From assembly GCA_038108555.1 (NCBI GenBank), contig JAYNIA010000039.1:13259-24437 (forward strand): a DNA stretch of 11,179 bases, in the 5' to 3' direction. The DNA is from Nitrospinota bacterium (GTDB lineage Bacteria > Nitrospinota > Nitrospinia > Nitrospinales > VA-1). Position 1 is the first letter of the stretch. Each line of letters begins with the position of its first letter. The translations under genes were made by a program, and so were the position numbers. The notes beneath the pieces were generated by a model, which saw only the letters and a list, made by a program, of their open reading frames with translations, was not told where the DNA came from and ran no database searches. Below, piece by piece: positions 1-6,265 of the stretch.

Positions 1-1
1 T

Positions 2-604
2 GGCGGAGATGCCAGTGACGATGCGGATGGAGTTGAGATAAGAAGAATCATTCAACTTCCACCTGTGGACTTTACCTGTACTATAGGAAGCTCTGGCGGT
101 GAGGTTTGTCAAAATGTTCCGGGAGCCCATCAGGCATTTTTGATGGATGGCATAGGGCTGTCTGTAGATGGCACCGCCATACCAAATGTGACCCATTTCA
201 ACACACTGCTGAACACACTCCCCTCGCAGGCCCCGGGAGGAAATGTCCAGGTCGTAAGCCCCAACATTCTTAATGTTTTCGTCCCATCAAACATTATTGC
301 CAGTGGCCATGGTGCGCATCGATTCAAGTTGGATAACAGCAATGGTCGATCGCATTTTGATTTCACAGGTGTAATTAGCCTTGGGCATGAGATTGTTTCT
401 GAATCTTTTGCCAATCCAGGAGGGTTTACAAGCTTTGACAGAACTGTATTCTGCCCTCCAGGGAAAGTTGCAACAGGAGGAGGTTTAAGCGACTCAGGAA
501 ACATAAACGTTTCAGGGCCGGTCGGAAACAATGGTTGGAGAGTTGATGGAACTACAAGCTCAAATCCTTATACAGTTTCCGTTATTTGCGTGAATGATTT
601 TTAG
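2..604 (+). CDS. 5'-truncated modular, probably extracellular protein: Ig/IPT-like beta-sandwich plus C-terminal CPxGxxAxGGG...W...C domain
   Basis: The frame is open from nt 2 (GGDASDDADGVEIRRIIQLPPV...), so the GTG at 65 is probably internal. It is Gly/Ser/Asn/Val-rich with beta-strand patterning (VQVVSPNILNVFVP...G.HRFKLDNSNGRSHFDFT). It ends in TVFCPPGKVATGGG...GWRV...VSVIC, a head module seen on collagen-like/fibre proteins. A terminator follows directly. Confidence 0.75.
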   Translation, partial: GGDASDDADGVEIRRIIQLPPVDFTCTIGSSGGEVCQNVPGAHQAFLMDGIGLSVDGTAIPNVTHFNTLLNTLPSQAPGGNVQVVSPNILNVFVPSNIIASGHGAHRFKLDNSNGRSHFDFTGVISLGHEIVSESFANPGGFTSFDRTVFCPPGKVATGGGLSDSGNINVSGPVGNNGWRVDGTTSSNPYTVSVICVNDF

Positions 605-622
605 CGAGTTTGAAGTAGCAAT

Positions 623-660
623 AAGGGCTCACGGTGACTTACCGTGAGCCTTTTTTGTTT
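623..660 (+). terminator. Rho-independent terminator
   Basis: Perfect 10-bp stem GGCTCACGGT (626-635) / ACCGTGAGCC (641-650), 5-nt loop GACTT, then TTTTTTGTTT. It lies about 20 nt after the stop at 604. Confidence 0.92.
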
Positions 661-684
661 TAAAGTTTCTAGTAATGGTATTAT
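655..684 (+). promoter_or_regulatory. Putative sigma70 extended -10 promoter for the TMTC-like gene
   Basis: TTGTTT (655-660), 18-nt spacer, TATTAT (679-684) preceded by TG-n (676-678). The -10 ends 6 nt before ATG 691. Confidence 0.5.
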
Positions 685-690
685 TAAATC

Positions 691-2424
691 ATGGAGGGAA
701 TTGATCGGAAACCACTAGCCCTGTTTTTTATTTCAATCTTTTTTCTTCTTGTCCTGAGTTATGGGGATACCCTGCACCACCCATTTAACTTCGATGACAG
801 TCTGATATTAAAAACGGAAATCACTCCAACCGGCGATAAATATTTCCAATCCCCTCTTCAATACCGCCATCTGTTTTACCTGAGTTTTGCCTTAAACTAT
901 GACCTGGGGAAAACAGATCCCCAGGGCTACCACGTTTTAAATATTTCATTCCACTTTTTAACAACTCTCCTTGTTTTCTTTATTTCCTGGTCCACTTTTT
1001 CAAGAGGATTGGATTACAATCCCAAGAAAGCAGCCGCTATTGCCGGAATCACCACCCTCTTCTTCGCAATCAGCCCGGTCCACACAGAAACGGTGACCTA
1101 TATTTCCGGTCGTGCTACGGGGCTGGCGGGGTTTTTCTTTTTATTAGCTTTGCTATTTTTCATTCTTGCAAACTTCCGCGAGAAAACGTTGACCTCAAGG
1201 GTGATTTTGTTTTTGCTTTCGGCGCTCTTTTTCTTTGCTGCGGTTTTAAGTAAAGAAACCAGCCTTACACTTCCCGCAATTATGTTGCTTTATGATTACT
1301 GTTTTATGAACGGAGAGAAATGGTTCCCCCGTAAAAACCGTCTCCTTTATTTTTATCTTCCCGCAGGATCAGTGGGAGCCTTGGCCTTGTTTCAAACAGG
1401 ATTCATGAAGTCCCTGATTCTGGAGTGGGCACAAAAAATGGACTTCAATTATGCTTTGCAGCAAACAAGAATTATTGGTCATGCCATCCACTTACTGCTG
1501 TTTCCTATCGGCCTGACATTGGACTATGATTTCCCCGACAGTTTTTTTCCTCATCCCGTTTTAACAGCATGGCCACTTCTGCTAATAGCTGTGCTACTTT
1601 GGGGAACTTCAAAATATTTTCCCAACTCAAAAAGAATAATCATTTTTGGTGTTGCCTGGTTTCTTTTAACCCTTGCCCCAACAAACAGTTTTCTTCCACG
1701 CTTGGATTTGTTAAGCGAACGAAATCTATACCTCCCCTCCTTCGGCCTGTTTTTTATAGGAGCTTTCGCTTTGGGTCATTCCTTTTTGTTTTCCGGGAAA
1801 ACAATCTTAAAAAAAACTGGAACGGCATGTTTAATAGCAATTCTTTCTTTTCAAGCTTTCTTGTTAATCGAGAGAAATGGCGATTATCGGTCAAACATTA
1901 TTCTTTGGGAGGATACGGTCAAAAAAGCTCCCGGGAAAACCCGGGCATGGCAAAACCTAAGCCATTACTACTTGATAGAATTAAATTACGAAAAGACACT
2001 TGAAGCGATTCAGGGTCTAATGCGGTCGAACCCTTCTGACAAATATCTCTCGCAGGCCCATAGCAAACTGGGGGTTATACACAGCCGCCAGGGACAACAT
2101 GCAAGCGCGATTGCTTCCTATGAAAAGGCCATCCAACTCGACCCTTCCACCCCGGTAAACCACCTCAATCTGGGCGGCCTTTATATTAAGCAGGGGAAAT
2201 TCAAAGAAGCAAAAACCGCCTATGATAATGCCGAGCGACTTTTTAAAAACCAAGTTCCTCCGAGCCCTCTTCCACCCACTGTTTACCTGAACAAGGCCTT
2301 CATTCTTTTTAATTTGGGATCATTTCATCCTGCAAAATCGGCGATTGAAACTTATCTCATCCACAATCCCGAATCTCAATACACTCAAACGCTTCTTGGA
2401 AATATTAATTTGGCATTAAGGTAG
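691..2424 (+). CDS. TMTC-like integral membrane protein O-glycosyltransferase (GT-C fold) with C-terminal TPR repeats
   Basis: About 10-11 hydrophobic segments. TMTC-family motifs occur in the expected order: FNFDD in the first loop, YHVLNISFH, FAISPVHTETVTYISGR, LSKE, LFPIGLTLDY, SERNLYLPS, RN..Y...IILW. TPRs follow (AHSKLGVIHSRQGQHASAIASYEKAIQLDP; NHLNLGGLYIKQGKFKEAKTAYDNA). Confidence 0.85.
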   Translation: MEGIDRKPLALFFISIFFLLVLSYGDTLHHPFNFDDSLILKTEITPTGDKYFQSPLQYRHLFYLSFALNYDLGKTDPQGYHVLNISFHFLTTLLVFFISWSTFSRGLDYNPKKAAAIAGITTLFFAISPVHTETVTYISGRATGLAGFFFLLALLFFILANFREKTLTSRVILFLLSALFFFAAVLSKETSLTLPAIMLLYDYCFMNGEKWFPRKNRLLYFYLPAGSVGALALFQTGFMKSLILEWAQKMDFNYALQQTRIIGHAIHLLLFPIGLTLDYDFPDSFFPHPVLTAWPLLLIAVLLWGTSKYFPNSKRIIIFGVAWFLLTLAPTNSFLPRLDLLSERNLYLPSFGLFFIGAFALGHSFLFSGKTILKKTGTACLIAILSFQAFLLIERNGDYRSNIILWEDTVKKAPGKTRAWQNLSHYYLIELNYEKTLEAIQGLMRSNPSDKYLSQAHSKLGVIHSRQGQHASAIASYEKAIQLDPSTPVNHLNLGGLYIKQGKFKEAKTAYDNAERLFKNQVPPSPLPPTVYLNKAFILFNLGSFHPAKSAIETYLIHNPESQYTQTLLGNINLALR

Positions 2425-2491
2425 ATGAATCAAAGGGGTTATTCTTTGACTCACTCTTAAAAAGTTTAATTCTGGCACTTTTAAGAAGCAA

Positions 2492-2511
2492 TATCCCCCA
2501 TTTGGGGGATA
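2492..2511. promoter_or_regulatory. Perfect 9-2-9 inverted repeat, candidate dimeric transcription-factor operator
   Basis: TATCCCCCA-TT-TGGGGGATA, a GC-rich island in an AT-rich 241-nt intergenic region. No long U-tract follows directly. Confidence 0.55.
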
Positions 2512-2583
2512 CCCATTTCTTCTTAAAAATATTAAATTACCCTTGTAAATGTAATGCTCTTATTTCTCCACCCTTTCGTTTAA

Positions 2584-2608
2584 TAACTTGTTGAAAATCA
2601 GCAAGTTA
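2584..2608. promoter_or_regulatory. Inverted repeat containing an IHF-consensus site
   Basis: TAACTTGTTGA-AAA-TCAGCAAGTTA (10/11 match). AATCAGCAAGTTA (2596-2608) fits WATCAR-N4-TTR exactly, and the opposite strand has a one-mismatch copy. Confidence 0.5.
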
Positions 2609-2665
2609 CCTCAAATAAAAAGAATACCTTGTAATTTTAAAGTTTAACTGTCAACGGGGGACAAA

Positions 2666-3550
2666 ATGAAAAAACAAGCTTTTATTTCCTTAATGTCGGG
2701 CTGTCTGGCGATTGTTTTCCTTATTAGCGGGACACCTTTAGCTTTCGCACAAGGCAAAAGTAACGGAAACAGCAACCCAGGGGTTAGTATCCCACAACAA
2801 ATCGATAATCTTCGACAGGACCTTTCCAACTCCGTCAATGATCTCCAGCAACAAATTGATACTATTGAGTTGATACCTGGACCGCAAGGGCCTAAAGGAG
2901 ACAAGGGGGATACGGGAGCGACCGGCCCCCAGGGACCCTCCTGCACCGTGGTGGATGATGGCGAAGGTACAGCAACGCTGTCATGTCCGGATGGAAGCAG
3001 TGTCAGTTTCCCGGTACCCATTCCCGTTGTGCCTGGTTTTAACGGATCGGTTTTGATCAGTGAAGCTGAGGCAAACCAAATCAACAGCTGGGTGGGCACA
3101 CCCCAGGATCAAGCCTGGACTCTCTGCTATCGTCGTAGTGATGATGGGCCTTCGGCCAGTACCTTTCATAACAAATGTAATGACAAGGGTCCGACCGTTA
3201 CAGTCATCACATTAAGTACCGGAAAGAAGATTGGCGGGTATGCGGCGGCTAGCTGGGCAGGCCAGGGTTATAGGGGAAACAGCACCAACTTCCTGTTTTC
3301 CTTGACGAACAACTACAAGCATTCCTGGTATCGGTATGGGTACTACCAGTATAACCATAATGGATATGGCCCCACATGGGGAGGAGGGCACGACTTCTAT
3401 ACCAATTTACTCAGTTCCAGCTATTGTAATATTGGTTATTCCTACCGTTGCCGGGTGGGGAGTTATGGTTCATCGACCTGCAGGAATGATTTCTGCGGCA
3501 CTTACCGGCCGGGAATTGTAAATCTGGAAGTCTGGTATAAGGCCAACTAA
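2666..3550 (+). CDS. Secreted protein: signal peptide, short coiled coil, collagen (G-X-Y)7, Cys-hairpin linker, C-terminal TLDc domain
   Basis: RBS GGGGGA at 2656-2661. Sec signal ending AFA|Q. Heptads IPQQIDNLRQDLSNSVNDLQQQIDTI. TLDc motifs: SVLI...INSW, WTLCYRRSDDG.SASTFHNKCNDKGPTVTVI, IGGY...W, FLFSL, YGPTWGGGHD, LEVW. Confidence 0.88.
   Translation: MKKQAFISLMSGCLAIVFLISGTPLAFAQGKSNGNSNPGVSIPQQIDNLRQDLSNSVNDLQQQIDTIELIPGPQGPKGDKGDTGATGPQGPSCTVVDDGEGTATLSCPDGSSVSFPVPIPVVPGFNGSVLISEAEANQINSWVGTPQDQAWTLCYRRSDDGPSASTFHNKCNDKGPTVTVITLSTGKKIGGYAAASWAGQGYRGNSTNFLFSLTNNYKHSWYRYGYYQYNHNGYGPTWGGGHDFYTNLLSSSYCNIGYSYRCRVGSYGSSTCRNDFCGTYRPGIVNLEVWYKAN
2879..2941 (+). repeat. Collagen-like G-X-Y repeat (7 triplets)
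   Basis: Encodes GPQ GPK GDK GDT GAT GPQ GPS (aa 72-92). Confidence 0.9.
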
Positions 3551-3560
3551 AAATAAATAT

Positions 3561-3596
3561 GGGAAGGAAAAGGGGCCCTCCCTTTTCCTTCCTTTT
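3561..3596 (+). terminator. Rho-independent terminator after the TLDc gene
   Basis: Perfect 13-bp stem GGAAGGAAAAGGG (3562-3574) / CCCTTTTCCTTCC (3580-3592), 5-nt loop, then TTTT. It starts 11 nt after the stop at 3550. Confidence 0.85.
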
Positions 3597-3651
3597 ACCC
3601 GAATTTTTGGGTATACTCGGGCTAGTATTTCTCGCCTGGTGGAGGATGGGG

Positions 3652-4452
3652 ATGAAGCATTGGATCAAAACAACTCTGGGAATCGGATTGGCCGTTGGCT
3701 TGTGGCAAGTATCGGCTGACGCGCGTTTTCTGGATTTAAAAAAACAGGAACAAATTCCTGCGAGTCCGGCTCCTATCCCGCAAACCCAAACAATTCCTCA
3801 ACCGTCAACCCCTGGCACCAGTTACAACACGGAAGTAGCGCCCCAGGGAATCAGCCTTCGGTTTGAGAATCTTTCTTTAATCAGTGTTCTGCGAAACATC
3901 CAGGAAGAAACCGGCATTCTTTTTTCCATCGACCCGGAAATGGAATCTGTTCCTTTTAGTGCCACCATTCAGGCCGACAACTGGGAAGCCGCAGTCAGGG
4001 AACTGCTTAAAGGTTTCAGCCGCGTAGAAATTTGGACAGACAACCTGGAAACAAGTCGTGTCTGGTTATTATCAGGCCAGGGACTCTCCCCCGAAGACTT
4101 TAAAAGCAACGCAGATATCCGCTTGAGTCGCCAGGCACCGCAAAAACAGTCACAGCCAAAGGTTCAAAAGAAGCAACGTTTCCGATCCGCGCCAACTCCA
4201 GTGCCTGCACCCGCTCCTGTTAAAAAAGCATCTTTACGCATTGAAGATTTGCCCCCGCATATTCTCTTTGAACCTGGTGTCCTGACTTTCTTTAAATCCA
4301 AAGGAATTGCACTTCCACAAAACGTGAAAAACATGTTTGGGCCCAATCTTGAAGGATTGCCCGCAAACATGCCCATCTCCCCCCACATTCTTAACGATCC
4401 GACTTTCACAGGGTTTCTGGAATCTCAAGGGATTCAACCTCCACAATCCTAA
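3652..4452 (+). CDS. Secreted protein (266 aa) with an STN/secretin-N0-like domain, Pro/Gln/Lys linkers and a twin C-terminal repeat
   Basis: Start reassigned to ATG 3652: GGAGG at 3641-3645 is 6 nt upstream, and this start gives the signal peptide MKHWIKTTLGIGLAVGLWQVSADA|R. STN-like segment: ISLRFENLSLISVLRNIQEETGILFSIDPEM...FSATIQADNWEAAVRELLKG. Confidence 0.75.
   Translation: MKHWIKTTLGIGLAVGLWQVSADARFLDLKKQEQIPASPAPIPQTQTIPQPSTPGTSYNTEVAPQGISLRFENLSLISVLRNIQEETGILFSIDPEMESVPFSATIQADNWEAAVRELLKGFSRVEIWTDNLETSRVWLLSGQGLSPEDFKSNADIRLSRQAPQKQSQPKVQKKQRFRSAPTPVPAPAPVKKASLRIEDLPPHILFEPGVLTFFKSKGIALPQNVKNMFGPNLEGLPANMPISPHILNDPTFTGFLESQGIQPPQS
4255..4443 (+). repeat. Two-copy 21-aa protein repeat, 42-aa period
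   Basis: PHILFEPGVLTFFKSKGIALP (4255-4317) vs PHILNDPTFTGFLESQGIQPP (4381-4443): 10/21 identical, ungapped. Confidence 0.75.
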
Positions 4453-4510
4453 ACTTGCTTTCCCCACCAAATCATTTCACCCAATCAGTTTGATTAGGTT
4501 CGTTTGACTT

Positions 4511-5344
4511 ATGCCTCAAGATATAAAAGTAAATTTGGGAACCCATCTTCTAGAAGAAGGAAAAAATGTAGCAATCAATGACCCTCTTTCAAAAAAAATT
4601 GGTGCCAAATTTGATGAGGGGTTGCCAGACACTATCATCCTTCATTACACGGCAGGTCCCAGCGTTGAGTCAGCAATAAACACCCTGGTTCATTCCGACA
4701 CCAAGGCCTCCGCCCATTTGGTGGTGGGACGGGATGGTTCGGTCACCCAACTCGTTCCTTTTGACACAATCGCCTGGCATGCTGGAAGAAGCTCTTTTGG
4801 AGGGCGCTCCGGATTCAACAAATATTCGATTGGAATAGAAATCGTAAATGCTGGGCATCTACAAAAGGAAAGAGATCAATACAAAGCCTGGTTTGGAAAA
4901 ACGTATCCCCAGGATCAGGTTTTGGAAGCCTCTCACCAAAACCATTCTTCACCTAGGTTTTGGCACACTTACACAAAAGAGCAGATCGATTGTGTTTTAA
5001 ACTTATGCACCCAACTAAAAGAAGCATACTCCATCAAAGAAATCCTCGGACATGATGAAATTGCCCCGAGCCGAAAAACAGATCCGGGTCCGGCGTTTCC
5101 TCTTGAAAGCGTTCGCTCCCAAGTATTGGGTCGCGAAGAAGATTCCGGTGATGGAATTGCATCAGAAGGCGTTGTCATTGCGACTAAACTGAACATCCGG
5201 CATGGCCCCAACAGCAATGCCGACCTGGCAGGACCGCCGCTTCCCGGAGGAACGAAGGTCAAAATTTTAAATGAAAAAGAAGGGTGGTATGAAGTCGAAG
5301 TCACCAAGCGCGGATGGGTCAGCAAGAATTTTATCGAATCCTAA
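4511..5344 (+). CDS. N-acetylmuramoyl-L-alanine amidase (Amidase_2, AmpD/AmiD-like) with C-terminal SH3b domain
   Basis: IILHYTA, SAHLVV..DG..TQLVP...AWHAGRS, SIGIEIVN and GHDEIAPSRKTDPGPAFP (His/His/Asp Zn ligands). C-terminal KLNIRHGP...GTKVKIL...GWYEV...GWVSKNFI is SH3b-like. Confidence 0.92.
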   Translation: MPQDIKVNLGTHLLEEGKNVAINDPLSKKIGAKFDEGLPDTIILHYTAGPSVESAINTLVHSDTKASAHLVVGRDGSVTQLVPFDTIAWHAGRSSFGGRSGFNKYSIGIEIVNAGHLQKERDQYKAWFGKTYPQDQVLEASHQNHSSPRFWHTYTKEQIDCVLNLCTQLKEAYSIKEILGHDEIAPSRKTDPGPAFPLESVRSQVLGREEDSGDGIASEGVVIATKLNIRHGPNSNADLAGPPLPGGTKVKILNEKEGWYEVEVTKRGWVSKNFIES

Positions 5345-5354
5345 ATAGTAATCC

Positions 5355-6179
5355 TTATTTTGTTGTTCCAACAGCCCTCAAAAAACTCATCACCTGGATC
5401 AACTGATCCACGGTAACAAATTGCTCAACATCCTGTTTATCTGCGTTGTTTTTATCATGGAAATTTTTAAAGTCCTTCAAAAACTTTTTTTGTTCCGCCA
5501 GATCAGAAAGCTGGTATTTTTTATTGATACGGATACCCTTGTTACCCCCTCGCCCTCTAAGGCTGTGGCAAAACAGACAGTTATTTTTATAAACTTCAAA
5601 CCCTTTTTCCGCTTCTCCAGAAATTTTCGATAACTTTTTGAGGGGGGAATAGTAATCACTCAGTCTCACAAATTTGAGTTCTCTTATATTTGCGGTTAAG
5701 AATCTTTCTTCAAAGGGAGGATTTTTTCCATCAGGAACCAGTACGAGAAGTGGATTCAACCAGCCCGGCCTGGAGGAGCCGTTTTCCAATTTAATTCGAG
5801 TGGCCAAATACAGGTCGTATTTAAGAATATCTGATATTGGGAGAATTCCCTGGTAATCATCAAAGCAATTAAGCAAAATGGCATCTTCACCACTTTTTAA
5901 TCGAAACTGACTGACAATTTTTAAAAGGGAAACGGCTTTAAACTCGGTATGACTGTATCTCAACGCCCGGTCAAAGTAGGAGCTGGACAGTTTTTTCACC
6001 CCTAAAGCTTCTAATTTGGGTACGGTCCAGAACTCAGAAGAAATTCTACCGAAGGGATCTGATACCGTAATTCGGTACAACCTTTCCGTATCTACTTCGG
6101 CTATCTGTTCCTGTTTGGGGGCACACGAAACACAAACTAGTAAAAAAGTGGCTACAAATCCGCAATATATTTGTTTCAC
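5355..6179 (-). CDS. Monoheme c-type cytochrome lipoprotein with an N-terminal molybdopterin-oxidoreductase-like domain
   Basis: GTG start and lipoprotein-like signal (..LLVCVS|C19). CXXCH occurs in the class I context AEKGFEVYKNNCLFCH (nt 5565-5579). The N-domain motifs FKAVSLLKIV, LNCFDDYQGILPISD..YDLYLA, PLLVLVP and IRELKF resemble the Oxidored_molyb fold. Confidence 0.72.
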   Translation of the reverse strand: MKQIYCGFVATFLLVCVSCAPKQEQIAEVDTERLYRITVSDPFGRISSEFWTVPKLEALGVKKLSSSYFDRALRYSHTEFKAVSLLKIVSQFRLKSGEDAILLNCFDDYQGILPISDILKYDLYLATRIKLENGSSRPGWLNPLLVLVPDGKNPPFEERFLTANIRELKFVRLSDYYSPLKKLSKISGEAEKGFEVYKNNCLFCHSLRGRGGNKGIRINKKYQLSDLAEQKKFLKDFKNFHDKNNADKQDVEQFVTVDQLIQVMSFLRAVGTTK

Positions 6180-6265
6180 CTGCTAAAACCTTCTATTATA
6201 GATAAAAGTTTTCAACGACTTACTATAAACGAATAAACCCAAGGTCTATTTGCCTTTAATTTAAC

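Noticed and set aside
65..67. GTG start for the first ORF
   Set aside because: The frame is open back to nt 2 and there is no RBS, so the gene most likely starts outside the window.
661..668. TAAAGTTT resembling a sigma28 -35 box
   Set aside because: No CCGAT-type -10 at the required distance.
2473..2490. sigma54-like TGGCAC...GC upstream of the TLDc gene
   Set aside because: GG-to-GC spacing is 2 nt longer than the strict -24/-12 requirement.
3305..3550. Tyr/Asn-rich TLDc C-terminus as a diversity-generating retroelement variable region
   Set aside because: There is no template repeat and no reverse transcriptase in the window.
3559..3651. ORF-track start at 3559 for the STN-like gene
   Set aside because: The extension runs through the terminator hairpin. 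ATG 3652 has a GGAGG RBS and yields a clean signal peptide.
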